Below the pieces are notes generated by a model that was not told where the DNA came from, did no database searches, and saw nothing but the letters and a program-made list of their open reading frames with translations. The position numbers and the translations under genes are program-made. DNA of 64,000 nucleotides from Balanoglossus misakiensis (Eukaryota > Animalia > Hemichordata). The first letter of the stretch is position 1; each line of letters begins with the position of its first letter. The DNA is taken from NCBI GenBank assembly GCA_040954595.2, contig CM082577.2, forward strand, positions 2,170,001 to 2,234,000, given 5' to 3'. Shown here piece by piece: positions 27,301 to 42,300 of this stretch.

Positions 27301-30300
27301 CCCAGTAGCTCACTCAAAATATAAACTATCATTTTTTAGAGGAGTGGTATTAACCATATTTTACTCAAAAACATAACATTTTATAAAACTGTTGACAAGT
27401 GACCGTATGTTACCAACTTCAAACATTCAAACAAATAAACAAAGCATGTCCGTCCTTTACATGTAACATATGTATAGGCATTAAATATAATAATAGTAAA
27501 ATAGTTCTTACCAGCGCATTATGCGGGAAACCTCTATGTGCTTTACAAAAGCAGTACAAAAAGATTCCAGAATAAAATGAACAGTTTAAAATCCATTAAA
27601 AGGAAAGTTTTAAGTTCAGCTTTAAAAGATGGAAATGAATATGCAAGTCTAAACCTTTCATTAATGAGTATATTTACACTGCATTTATGAAACATGGCCA
27701 TAATGGAAAAATGTTTTTTTAGTACCTATAAAGCAAGTGCAGTACGTCTATGTGTATTCACATTGCTTCGTGCAGAAAGAGGACATTAAACATTTATGAC
27801 AACAGCTTAAAGTACCAGGCTTTGTATAATCTGGAATCTGTCTGTTTGATCTGTGGACATATGGAACCAAACTGTATATTTATCCCAAGGGCTCATAATT
27901 TTGCAATGTAGAGTCTAAAATAGAATATATGTGCATGTATGTTGTCTATTGGCATTTCCATGTTTCTGCCTCTTTAACCCTTTCACTACCATGGTTCAGT
28001 CTAAATCCATTGTTTACTATGGAAAGATTGGACCTGTAATTTGTAAAGAGGAAACTGGGACTGGAAGGGTTAAATATCTACTGGTGATTTAGCAGATAGT
28101 ACATGCGATTTCTCAGAATTTACATCTTTTTGCCAAAAATGAACTTTCGATGATTATTGTACACTTTCCCCAAACGTGACTTTTTTTGAGTGGAGTTGCA
28201 CTCTGCATTCCTGATCACGAAATCGCTGGGAGGCGAACGTGACAAGAAGGCTGCTACATGTTTATCGCTATGGCAACAGGCATTGTTAGTTATCAGCCTA
28301 GAAACACGGGTGTCATGCCGGATCGTTATGGAGCATTGGCAGCCAAAGGAACAGTGCAGTTCGTCTCTTCATTCAGGCATAATTTGTGCTGCCAGTAAGA
28401 ATTTTTGATGAGCTTCCCTGTCGTGTGAATGCGAGTTTTTGACATTTGCAAGTTCTACTTCAGTCGTTGAAATGGCAATCGGAAATGTCAGCCATCAATA
28501 ACAAAATCGATACAAAGGCTGAAAGCGCTCCTTTTGATGCCATGTTGCCACGATGTTGACTTTGAAACGGTGCAGTGAACTGTCATTTTCACGTGGCGTG
28601 TGTAAAAGAGGGCCTTTTGTCCGACTCCAATGGTCTCTGGCATTTTATGCTCAGATACTTGAGGCAGAATTGTGTTTTGAAGTGTACTGTGATTTGTGAC
28701 AAGCTGTCGACTCATTTGCAGATGGCAGTCTTCTGCCTGGAGATACTTTCTCGTTGAGAGTAGCGAAAGGAACTACCGCTGTACTCCAATGAAGGAGTAA
28801 AAAAACCCACATGTCAATAGTTGCCATGGCTGCCATTGCAGAATGCAGACTCAAATCTGTCCAACACCACTCTGTTCGCATTATTTGGCTTCTGCTACTT
28901 TCTCTCCAAGATGATGAGAGAACTCTGTGGTTGCCATGGTCACTGCGGACTTGTGGACCCGAGCACTGTCCTACATGCAAGCATTCTATGCCAAATCCCC
29001 TTGATTACTAGTACATGTATCTGAAAAAAGAAAACAATTTCAAGCTTTCTGTATAATCAGTCACATCAATCACCCCTTGTGCTGTACTTGACTCGTACTC
29101 TGGCCTCATATAAAGAGACTGGTTGACAAAAAGATTGAAATTTCTGTGTATCATCAGAAAATACAGTAATCTGCCGTGACTTGTATTGTAAGTAGAACCT
29201 ATCCACGAGACCAAAGAAAAGGGGGAAAGTCTGAGATGTTTTATTCATAGTCTGTACGGATAATAATGAAACAAGTATAAGCCAAGGTGAAGACATGGTA
29301 TTAAACTTTAATGTGTCTTTCAGATCCTGATACACCTGACTCCAGCAGAACTTGCACTCCCATACAGAGAGACACAGGGCGACTGGAGTTTTCACAGTTT
29401 GAGATCTCCAGGGTGTTGCAGAAGGGTACTTTTCTGGCAGGATCTGCCGGCACAGAGTACGAGACTTCGGAGGAAGCAAGTAAGTACAGTGGTCATGATT
29501 TCTTCTTTGTTGGATTGGCCTGAGGAAGTTGCATTTCATCTTTAATTGGGAGTAGGTTTGAGTGTGTGGAGATGGTCTATTCAACAATAGGGGCAGACAA
29601 ATGGTGGGAAATGTTTCAAAATTTCCAATCAAGAAATCATGAACTGCAGTTATCTTGGTGACAGTATACGGTATCTGTATTGAAGAGATTTTAAAAAAAA
29701 ATTCAAATCCACAATTGCGGTATACTTGCATATTAGTATGTATTTTCACGACAAAGCACCTCTTGTCATTAATCCTGCTTTGTCACAGCTGACAGAGTTG
29801 TTGACTCTCTATAATGGAAAGGTGGCACTTAATCGTCCTAGTGATAGGTCATGGGTCATGCAATAATTTGAAGAAAACCATATTAAGGCTTCCCAGGGGA
29901 TATGCGAGACAATTATGTTGGGCGCTGAAAGATATCCATTCTGCCTTTTAATAACCGTGTGAACAATGAAGGATAAGAAATTGAGTCTCCCACGGTTACT
30001 AGTAACCGTGGGTCTCCTTATTTGTCGGCCAAGAAACACCTCTAGGCATCGGCTCAGAGTGGCCGTTTTCAAAAGTGAGAAGCATGCTTGAAGGAAGCTT
30101 TAGAATTCTAAACTCAAAACCACCTGATTGGCAAAATTTATGAAAGGAAGTGTGTGATATCTTTTACTGCAGTTTGAGGGTTGACATTTAAAAGGCCTAT
30201 TTGGTTGGACGGTTGTGGTACTACATGTATGTTTGATTTGAGATTTTCAGGAAGCGAGGTCGCAAATTTCCCTATCATGCAGGAATGAATATGTGTTGAA

Positions 30301-33300
30301 AGATATGCGAGTGTTATGGCAGAACTGTACAAACAGGATATCACACATTCTTCACACATGAGATCAGTCTTTTTGATTTCTGGGGCCTGAAGGGTTGGGT
30401 TCATTGAGCCAGAAGTCAGTGGGAGATATTCTAGACTGATACGGATACAAGATCAGGGATTGATTGCATTGCTCTCTGGTAATAGCTTCTGGGCCAGTGT
30501 TTATAATTCAATTGTTGCCATAGTAATTGGATTATCTGATCAAGTTCCACACAATCAACAACATATTCACACCTTTTAACAGCATTTCACTGTCTTTATT
30601 CATCTGTGGTTGGACTTTTAATGACCACTTTTGTAACCTACAAGCAATAGATATATTCTCCTGTCTTTAAATCCCCATATTTGGTGGTACTGTGAAACTG
30701 TCATTACGGACACCTGAATGAATGGGCATTTCTATAGATACATGTATAAACATGACTACATATCCAAGATTCATGATGACACTTTTGTGAAAATTTCTGT
30801 GAATTTCAAGTTTGAAGTTGTATAAGGACTTGTACTAGCCCATAGCTTTGTGTCAAGATGTGATTTATATTTTTAAAAACAAGAAATATCGATGTTCTTG
30901 TTGCGCGCAGGCGATGATCCTAAAGAAAGACTGGCCAAGCAACGGAGACTGCTGCAGAAGCGACTTGGTCTTGACATCGCTGGCAATGCATTGGGTTTCC
31001 AGACGGACGATTTGTTCAATGATGCGGATCTGGAGGTCAAGATGGAGGATAGAGTACATAGACTGCCACAGGTGTGTGTAAATAGCCCTGGCTCTGTCGA
31101 GAATGTTGACTTTTTCCAAGTTTATTCAAACATTCATAGCCTGCTGACACTGCCTTGTTCTTTTCAGCCCTTGCCGGCAGATGTGGTCAACCAGGAAATG
31201 CAAGCAATGCTGAAACCGGGAATGAGTTCAAGGGAGAAAAACCGCGCCAAAAGAAGAGCCAAATTGATGGCCAAGCAGAGATCCAAAGACAAACCGGAGG
31301 CAACCGCCAGCACCAGGTATTTGATTTGCTTGCTCTAACTTGAGGGCGCCCTTCATCATTAACCCAGGCTTAGTGATTTCGCTCTACACGTCTATATATA
31401 CCATACATTGTCATGATTGTTCATGAATATCTCTGTCACTTTGTGAACAGCTGATTTAAAACATCATATGACTACATTATAAATGTGTGTTTTTTTCCAC
31501 TGGGATTTTTTGTCGATTTCTGCATTTCCTGTTACAGTGAAACCACAGAAGATGAACCACTCACGAAGAAACCAAGAACAGCCACTGTTGTGGTGAACCA
31601 ACCCTCCCAGTCGGATAAAGTGGTCCTGGACCATGTTTTAGACAGTTCTGTCTTCTATGAAGAGGTAAAAGAAAAGATCTATTATAACGTCTGGCAGAGT
31701 GAGAGTTATTTTTTAGCAACTACGCACCATGTTAGTACTCTAGAACAGTGTTGAAAGGGGAGGGTATTGTGAAAATTATGAAATTTTAATTTTTCTGAAT
31801 TCATATATTATGTAATGCAATAGCATTTTTGTCTGCTTACAAGACCCTATTCTATCACTGTCAAACTCAACAATGAAATTCTTGTCCAACCAGGCTGGAG
31901 AGTGGCCGTTTGCGTCTTTCTGTGAACAACTCAGTACCGACCTATTCAACCAGTCCTGGGTAGCCAGACACGGAGCTGCCACCGGACTCCGGGAAGTCAT
32001 CAAGGTGCACGGAAAGAGTTCCGGCAAATCGGCGGAGTCTCCCATTGATCAGGTGCGTGTCATTCCAGTAATGTGTCTCTGAAAATGCTGATGGTCATCT
32101 TGTGTGTTGTGAACAGTGCTGAAGAACTTGTTTGAAAATCGAGCCATAATTTCACAGCAGCAAATTTTGGTTAGGGCTTCTACCCGTCGTAGCCTTTTGT
32201 TCATCTTTTCGCCATTGCGTCCTGAAATAAGAAGTGAAGGATCTGACAATTTTTTTCTCCAATATTTTCAGCAAGATTCATTGAATCAAATGTGGTTGGA
32301 AGATATGGCATTGCGATTACTGTGTGTGTTGGCCCTGGATCGATTTGGAGACTTTGTCTCTGATGAGGTATGGAGTTCCCTCAGATTGATAACACTAAAT
32401 CTGTGAACCGGTACTTCATTTTAGCTCCCTTTGAAGATATGATTTACAAATACCCAGTACATGTATATAACAATTCAATTATTTTATATATAATACAAAT
32501 TAAATTCCAAAAAATTGATGATGTGACTAAAAAAATTGTAATATTTATGACTTACCAGAAAAGTTAATACCTGTACTATGTTTTCTGATAAAACACTTGG
32601 GTTTTCCCCAAAATCTCCAACGCAGGTGGTAGCGCCGGTCAGGGAGACGTGCGCACAGACATTGGGCGTGGCGCTGCATCACATGAACAGCGAGGGCGTC
32701 CACACAGTGCTGTCCATCCTGCTGCAGTTGCTATCGCAGCAGCAATGGGAAGCCAGGCACGGTGGCTTGCTGGGGATCAAGTACCTGTTGGCCGTCAGAA
32801 AGGTAGGTCCCACACATCCGTCAGTATTTCTAGATTTGTTGAATTTGTTCTTCTTTGGAGTCGAGTGGAATGCAGGATAAGAAACAGTCAGACAAGTTAA
32901 GAACGAGAGATGCCACACGCATGTGGTGTTAGCGTTCTTATTTCCTGTTGTTAGGCGTACTGTAGAATCCATTCCCATTACATGCATATGTATTATTAAG
33001 TTGCACTAACTATAAAAAGACAACTGTTTAGTATTGCCGTCTTCCGTTGGATAATTTCACAAGGAAAAGTAAATTTGCCTCCTTGAACCCTCTTTCTTAC
33101 CACATCAAGATGAGTATCTGTTATTTCTTCCTTGATTTGGCAGGAGATGACGGATGAGTTTCTACCAAAAGCCTTGTCATCTGTGATTCACGGCTTGCAA
33201 GACATCGATGATGATGTCAGAGCCGTGGCTGCTGCTGCTCTGATCCCTGTGGCCGAATCCCTCATCAAGATTGCCCCAAACACTGTAAGTGTTCATTGAT

Positions 33301-33347
33301 GGAAAATGCATGCACGCATATGCACTCGTGCACATGTACACACGCAT

Positions 33348-33380
<33 letters not shown>

Positions 33381-36300
33381 TGAATGAAAAACCTAAGTTG
33401 ATACATAGAAGAACATACACAGAACGAAAGAACTCCCCAAAAGACTTTCCAAAGTGTTCTCCCTTCTTTAGGCATTACATCAGGTTAAATGTGGCATTGG
33501 TAGTTTATCTCAAGTCAGTAAAATTGAGTCCCTGTAGTCAAGGGAATTCAAAAGTCAAGTAAAATCTACTACCTGAGTAACAGTTACAGGCTTACAGTCC
33601 TTATAGGCTCAACAAAATGTTTGTGTCCTCTAAATTTCTGATGCAACCATCCATTTGATCATATAACCTTTCCATATTATTTTTCTGCATAGGTTCCAGT
33701 CATTATCCAGACACTGTGGGACACCCTACTGGAACTTGATGACCTGACAGCATCTACAAACAGCATAATGATACTGCTGTCTACACTCGCCAAAAAGGCG
33801 CCCTCTAGGCTCAATCAGAGCCTGACAGAGCTGGTACCAAGGCTGTGGCCATTTTTTCGACACAATATAGCGTCCGTCAGGAAGGCAGCCCTGCACACGT
33901 TGTACACACTGTTGAATGCAGAGTGCCCTCTGGTGAGACAAAATTGATATGTTTTACTATTTTGCCCAAACTCTTGATCATGGCTTGATTTAAAAGTTTT
34001 GACATGTTTGTGTGCCAAGTTTGAGGGTTTATTTGTTGTGTTTATTCATCTAAACTACTTATTTTGAGAAAGTTGAAAGCAAGATTTTTAGCCAGATTTT
34101 GAGTTTAGTACTTGAAGCATTTGAATGTCAGTGTGTGTGTGTGTATTTGTGGGGACAATTGAATTGTACTCTTGGCCAGTGAAATCAGAGATACCAAGTC
34201 AAAGTTCCATAGCCTGTGGCACTTTACAATTTCAACCTGAGCGGTGGGAACTATTTGTAAAAATATAATGCCCTAAAAAGTACCGGTAGCTTCCTAGACA
34301 TACAGTAGTATCAGCCATTGATCTACTTTGCTTCTTGTCTCCGTACTAAAGCTGTCACTCATACTTTGCAAAATTATGTGAAGAGCTTCCCAGGTGGGAG
34401 AATGATTCTCCTAAATGTCAAAGGAGCAGCAAAGGGGGCGGAAAAACACAAACTAAGCACCACGCTTATCAACTTTCACTGTATCTAGAGACAGACAGAA
34501 GCTGGCTGGAGGCTATAACTATTTCCGTGCCTGGAAGTGGGATGTCTGTGTGTGCGCCGTTTTCATGAATAAAATATGTTTTTCTTTAAATGTCAGGCTA
34601 TGTGCCAGCAGTGGGTGTCTCCGATTCTCCAAGACGCCTTGAGGCACGTTTATCAGAGGTGTATTTTGGAGGACAGAGCTGATATACTGGAGTTGGTTGA
34701 AAAGGTCAGGCAGTATTTTTATTCCGCATCTCAGAAACAGCTTAGTAAATTGAAAAATCTGTCCGGAACATCTATGTCAGTCAATCTGAGTGGGTTAACT
34801 GAATAATGCCACTTTCTAAAAGGTTAATGTGCATCCTATGGAAAATTTGTTAATACACAAATGAATCATTTGATATGACGTTCTCATTATTTCAGCTGTA
34901 ACAGTTTCTGTTTGAAGCAGAAAAAGTTATTTTGGATTAAATGGTCTGTTTAGACTCTCAACGTAATTACCGGTACACGTGTGCTTATACATGTTAATGT
35001 GCGCTTTGTAGAACTGAATTTCTGATTTGTACGGTCCTGGGGTCAAAAGTCAAAAAGTCAGATTGTGACAAATATTGGCTTAGTTTCTGTGCTGAACCCA
35101 AAAGAAGGGTTTAGACTATGTATGACCTGTTCCACAACCTTAGAATTAGCCTTTGAAAAAAATGGCAGCATTGAGAATGGATAATCCAGCCTAGAAAATC
35201 CAGCTGCAAATCTTTCCTCGTTGCATCATTCATGACGCACTTTCTAGCGTACATTGTCGATTTTGATTATAAGTTTACAGGATCACAGAGGGAAATTATC
35301 TAGAATAATACTAGCCTGTGGACAAAAGTGGAAGAGGCTTACCCTGCCTTTATTGGCAATCTTTAATCCCTGGAATTTTTGTTCATACAAATAATCCAGG
35401 TTTGGTGTGCGCTGTTGTCTAAATCACCTGTGGAGTATCTGATTGCTGTGGCCTGCCCATGGATCAGTGCCTGGCTGTGTCTCATCATGCAACCTGCTAA
35501 TCTGCCGATAGACCCACATATGCTGATCGAAGCCAAACACAAGACCAAGGTACGAGATTTGAATGGCATATAGTCCCCGGAGCGCAAAGTACGATTTTCA
35601 GTTGCTCTTGCAGTTCTGATCCTACTTTTTTGGAAAATGATGTACCAGTAGATTAAACTTTAGGTGTGGGCGTTGAATATTGCGTTGGGGGAGGGAGAAG
35701 GGGGGTAGGTGATGGTAATTTCCTGTTGACATTTACAGTGCAGCAGGGAAGTGGCATCTCATGTTTGAATGTTTTCCACCTTTGTGCAGGAAAAATCTCC
35801 CAGAGGTAGGGCATCTCCCGGAAAAGAAGAATCTCATTACATCGCCGGAAATTTTGCTGGACTCTCAACGGGGAAACGGGACCATGTGGTGATGCAGACA
35901 AGACTCAGGGCAGCCAAGTGAGGCTTTTTATTGTAGAATCTGTCAAAATAAAACAGCAAAAATTGTAGAATAAAACAGCAACTACCTAATGCACTATCTG
36001 TCATGAACCAGTATCTGCCTTTCTTTATGTCTCTGACAGACTTCTAGGACAGTTAGCAGTGTACATCACAGACAGCAGACTACCACCAGAGAGCAATGCA
36101 GCGGAGTCCATTGGGCAGTTGCTGTCGTTTCATCTGGACAACAAGTCTGCCTTGCAGAGGGTAGTGGTAGGGTTAGTCGTCACTGAATGGGCCATAGCCA
36201 CTACAGTAAGTTTGAAATAGGCTCTCACTATTTCATGAAACTCTAAACCACTTTCATCTTCAAGAGTGCAGTTTGAATTGAAAGCAGTAGAAGCAAAACT

Positions 36301-39300
36301 GTCTACATGTACAACAGACATTTTTAAGGAGCATGAATGGTCATACCATTTTCATAGCATTCTGTGCATAATAGTGTTTTTTTATTTGTGTGTATTACCA
36401 CCACGTGACTTCGGTACACTGGTAGCCGTATGCATGATTATTATGTTCTGTGCCGTTTTTTTTTTCTAACAAAAAAAGACATCATGAACGCATATGTGAA
36501 AACTGTTTCCTTTCCATTGTGTACAGGACATCAGGTGTCCAGAGATTATCAAGACAAAACTCATGGAGGATCTATGCAGTAGTGTTTATTATGATGAAGT
36601 TGCGGTACCTTTTATAAGACTGCAGTCAGAATGTCAGGTAAGACCAGCTTGGTTTCCACGACTACTCTCTGTGAGTGCACAGTGACCAAATACAGATCAT
36701 CATCTTAGTAATCACTTAGAACCATTACTTTGCATTTCTGTCAGTTTTGGAGTCTAACTCATTACAGCATCCATGATTGTGTTTGCGTTCTGTTACAGGG
36801 TCTTGTTGTTACTTGGTGCGAATGTAATAAGAGTGTTCAGAGAAGCAGTTTTCCAAGGTACACTTAGTCATAGATAGAATAGAAATGGTGCTAGTTACTG
36901 CAAAAGCTTTCTCAGCTGGCTAGGTATCAGACTGTTATATTGTGGCTCAGTGAGCATTACCAGACTCTTTAGCTCGCTAACAGAGCCAAGAAGTGACATG
37001 ATAGGGTCCAGACTATTGATAAAGACATTCCACCAACAGAGTTTTGCATGTACATGTACGTTAACACTTTTACTATGTGTTAATTGGTATGGCTCCCACT
37101 GTTCTCAATAGAATGGGTGGAATCATTTACATGGAAATGGGGGTGAAAGGGTTGATGGATGGATCCCGTCCAAGCTTTCAAAACACCCCACCACCCCCAT
37201 TGAAAATCATGTGTGTATTTGTCCGATGTAGCATGTTCACAGTGGAACAGGCCAGAGCCACAGCGCAGGGGATTAAGGGCCAGATATCACAAATCCCATT
37301 GCCAGTGAGAATACAGCAGTCAATAAACGACAAGTGTCAGCAAGCGCTTTCTACTATCACAGAGATCAACGCTGAACAGCAAAAACTTAACACAAGGTAA
37401 GGTTATACACAGATGGTTGGTTTTGTTTTCTTTTGTATTTAAAAAAAATGAGAGTGAACTGTAATTTTGGTAATCTACGTACTGTACCTTGAATAGGAAT
37501 GATCATTGGGCCTGTTTTGATGTTATATATTACCATGTTGGTTAACTGTTGCCCTTTTATGAACTGTTCACACAGAGTACAGACGTCACTGGCCGGTGCA
37601 ATTGTAGCACTGAAGTGCCTGCCCAACAAGTTGAACCCCATTATCAAACCACTCATGGAATCTGTCAAGATGGAGGAAAATTCACTTATGCAGGTATGTA
37701 TGTATCCTCTGGAATTGTGACAGTTTGTTGTACATGTACATGTATTGTGCTGTGTTGTTTTGTGGTATCATGTTCCCTTTTGCTGTTGTGTATTGTGCTG
37801 TGCTGTGCTCTGTGGCTGGTGTCACTACATGTACGTGATAATCACCGCAGAAATGTTGCATTCAACAGCAGTGTAGTCTTTTCAGTAAAAGAAGCGTATA
37901 ACATATCTCTTTGTAATTGCTGTTTTGCAGAATCATGCCGCAAGCAGTTTGGCCAGGCTGCTCCATCTGTGCGTGGACAGGACGCCCTGTCCAAACCCCA
38001 AAGTCATCAAAAACCTGTGCAGCAGTCTCTGCTGTGACAGCAATCACACGCCCAACGTCACCCAGCCGGTGCCCAGTCTGAACCTGCAGGAGTCCGGGGG
38101 ATCCAGTGGCAGCAATGGCAGCCGACCCAGTACGCCCATCACCGTACCCTTCAACTGGCAGTGCGATAAAAGTCGGGGGATTCTGACGCTTGTCAAACAA
38201 CAGCAGGTGAATGAGATACGAAGTTTAACCCTTTTCACTGCCATGGTTCAGTCCAAACCCATTGTTTTCTATGGTAAGGTTGGACCTTTATAGAGGTAAC
38301 TGGGGTTGGAAAAGTTAAGGAATGGAACAGTCTTTAGTGTAAGTCTTCTTTTATAAAATTTTATGGATGCATTCAACTTCCAGATGGCTATTTTGAGCAC
38401 TTTGCCCAAAAGGGGCCCTCACTCGAACAGAAACAGACAAATCGTCACCAACAGCACCAACCTGGATGAGATCATCTGCGAAGACGACAACGGCAAGATG
38501 GCCGCCATTTTGCAGCGGAGAGGAGCCAGCTATGCACTTACAACTCTGGTCAGTTACTTCGGTCAGGACGTGGTTGCCAGGCTGCACAAGGTGTGGGAGG
38601 CCATGACCGCGGTGCTCTTTCAACACATACAACCTGAAAACTTTGGTAAGTTTTGCCAGAACCGGTGAAGATGTGAAATTCTTGTAGTGCTACAGAATGG
38701 TGAACTGGTCGTGAATCAAAGTGTTTTCATTGCTGTTGTCCAGTTGTGCAGATCAGGACTGAGAGGCATGTTCACACAATTTGTTTTTAAAAAAGTTATT
38801 TTGCATCTCCTTCTTCAGATCCCCAGTCCTTCAGTAAAAATGACAGTCTTGCACAGGAGCTTGTCAACAGTCTTCAAGTGTATGAAGTATTGGCATCTGT
38901 TCTCCATACCAGTTTCCACCCAAAGGTATGTACTGTCACCTCATCTCAAAACTGGAATGCCAGTAACTAACTTTCACTGCATAAACTTTGTCCGCTTCTT
39001 GCACTTTATTGGTGTGTCAGTGAATATTCTATCCATATATAAAATAGCATATAGAGTATATGCTGGAATCTTGAAATAACAGAAATCAAATTTAGAATTT
39101 TTTTGTCTCTCCAGCTTTTAGAAACTCTACCTCATTTGTGTTTATGTTTGGAGTATCCGTACACATCTGTGCGTTACATGGGAGCTCGGTGTCTCGGTGT
39201 GCTGAGCAAAGTGGTCACCATGGAAACCATGACTTACATTGTCAACAAGGTGCTTCCGTTGCTAGGTGCCTCGGAAAACGAGACCAAAAGACAAGGTGCT

Positions 39301-42300
39301 ATAGAGGCGATCTCGAGTATCCTTTTGATTTTGAATGGCGTTGGCTGGTAATGCAAATGAGGGTGTAATTTGCATATTCAGCCAGTGCCTCTGGCATAGT
39401 GGTTAGAGTGCCTTCTCAACTAGTCTACATATATGTGTAATTGATGTAGACACACTCACAAACTCTCGCACACGTGCAGACACACAGATGATAATAGAAG
39501 CCCATTGCATCATGTGGCAGACATCATGTGTAAATATGTTTTTTTTCTGTGGTAAGTGTACTTTTGTGAACAAAAATGACTCTTGTTATGACTTCCTTGA
39601 TGGCTCGTTTCATCAGACATCATCGAAATGCTCGGTCTAGACATCATACCGTACATTGTGCTATTGGTGGTACCCGTACTGGGCAGAATGAGTGATGCCA
39701 CGGAGAGTGTCCGGTTGATGGCCACCCACTGCTTTGCTACTCTGATACGACTGATGCCTCTGGAGGTGAGGGTTTGCTGTACTCAGAATATAGTCTTGGA
39801 ATTCTCTGTTTTTGATTAAGAAATGTGATAAATGTTTGATATTTGTTCTTGAGAAAATTTGCGACCATTCATTTTCGCATGGTTTTGACTCTCCTGAAGT
39901 TCACAAAAATTTCCTGGTTTACATTTTTTCTTTCCCACCTCCCCTCCAGGGTGGTTTTTCTAATCCCCCGCAAATGACCGCAGCGCTGATGGAAAGGAAA
40001 GACAGGGAGAGGACGTTCTTGGAACAGCTACTCGACAGCCGGAAATTGGATAATTACAAAATCCCCGTACCAATCAAAGCTGAGCTCAGGAAGTACCAGC
40101 AGGTGAATGGCAGAATTTTTTAACAGCAGGACAGTATAATGCAATCTGCGTGTCATATAAGATTGCATAACAGAAATTCAAAATTGAGCTAATCCTCTGC
40201 ACGGAACAGAACCAAGTTTTACTCTCATCATATTTTGATTTCTGGAGATATAACGTAAATTCTAAATTTTCATTTTCAGGATGGTGTGAATTGGTTGTGG
40301 TTTCTCAACAAATACAAACTTCATGGCATCTTGTGTGATGATATGGGTCTCGGCAAAACACTCCAGTCTATATGCATTATTGCCGGCGACCATCATGAAA
40401 GAGCTCAGATGTACAAAGTAAGAAAACCTGGTTTGTTTTTTTAATACTCAATTTTCTCAAAATACTCAGCACCGAAAGTTTGATCATGGAAGATTATAAG
40501 CATGAGATCTATGGTGTTCAGGGAAGGCATACTGTATTTTCAAATTGCAGTCTAATATCATACCAAGTGAGTCAAAAATTTCTGCCAGCGTTCCTTGTGT
40601 AGCATTTATCATTTATCTGTTTATTATTTTCAGAAATCACAAATGGCTGACTGTGCTCCATTACCGTCGCTTGTCGTGTGTCCGCCAACGCTGACCGGAC
40701 ACTGGGTCTACGAAATCGAGAAATTCATATCACCAGAATATCTGAATCCTCTCCACTACACAGGACCCCCTGCAGAAAGAACAAGGTAAATGAACCACCA
40801 TTTACTGAATTTTTTTTCAACTCTGGATGTGGATTTTGTAATTCCTGGAGGAGCGTGACATTATCTCTCCATCTTGTTCAAATTTACGATCTGAATTTCT
40901 AGTTCCACATTTAAAAAAAAGAAAAACATTCGGTTGCAGCATGTTCTAGTAAGTTGGTCAACATCAAGCAAAAAAATAATGTCCAAAGTTATCAAATTTG
41001 TCACCTAAACGTTTTTTCTGTATTGTTTTCCTACAGACTCAGAAGCAAAGTCAGGAAACACAACTTAGTGGTTGCGTCCTATGACATCGTCAGGAATGAT
41101 ATCGATTTCTTCAGGTCAGATAGTTTTTTCTTCAATGCAAACCATTGGATAATATATATTCCATAGCACACATCTTTTCACAATAAAATAGTGAGAAATC
41201 CAACAATAATAAATTTCTTGATCATTTCAGGGGTATAGACTGGAACTACTGCATTTTAGATGAGGGTCACATCATCAAGAATGGTAAAACCAAACTGTCG
41301 AAAGCTGTCAAACAGCTGAATGTCAATCATAGGATTATACTCTCTGGTACTCCCATACAGGTTGGTAGAAGCTGAGCAGTTGTTTGAATCTTAGCCTGAT
41401 GTTGATTTACTTTAGTACAGGTTATTTGAATCTGAACATGATTCTCAATCTGAACTAAATTATCTACCGTGAATGTACCATGTTACTTTATTCCATGCCA
41501 TTATTTCCACAGAACAATGTCATAGAACTGTGGTCACTCTTTGACTTCCTCATGCCGGGATTTCTGGGAACGGAGAAGCAGTTCACAGCCAGGTTTGCCA
41601 AGCCCATCTTGCAGAGCCGGGATGCAAAGAGCTCCTCCAAGGAGCAAGAAGCTGGTGCATTGGCCATGGAGTCTTTGCACAGACAGGTTCTGCCGTTCTT
41701 GCTGAGGAGATTGAAAGAGGATGTGTTGGATGATCTGCCGCCGAAGATAATACAAGATTACTACTGTGAACTCAGCCCTTTGCAGGTATAATTCCTTTTT
41801 TCCTACCATCCTGCCAAGTCAGTGGAAAGCAGTATTGGGTCTTTGATACATATGCAGAATGTTACCATGCAGCTTGCATTGGCTGTTAGAACCACCCAAA
41901 AACACTTCGAATCTAGCTATATAAGAGGTTTCTTTCTGATTGCAATTTCAGGTTCAATTGTACGAAGATTTCGCCAAGTCGCGGGCAAGGAGAGGGGTGG
42001 AAGACACGATATCTATGGGCAACGAAATGGAAGAGGAAAATGCAAAGAAGAAGCAAGGTTTTACGCATGTTTTCCAGGTAAGGTCCAGCCTCAACACCCA
42101 TCGCATCTGCCCCATGTTAATAATCTTTGTTGGTGTGGTATAAACATTGGGGGCATAGTGGTTATTTTCCATCTCTTCCAGTCTGGTGAATAGGTGGATA
42201 CCTGTTCACCCCTGTTTCCTTGTAAGTGGGTCCAGCCAAAGCACTGAAAAATGATGGGGAAATATCAAGTGGATTGTGGTGGGAGGGGTTTACATCTTAC

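Noticed and set aside
29066-29749. 227-aa minus-strand ORF, and similarly 55540-56196 (-) and 11223-11813 (+)
   Set aside because: These are antisense to real exons and introns, have no recognisable domain, and look like shadow ORFs.
39392-39410. tRNA A-box-like TGGCATAGTGGTTAGAGTG, with a similar word at about 42152
   Set aside because: No B-box or cloverleaf follows; at most it is a SINE relic, too weak to call.
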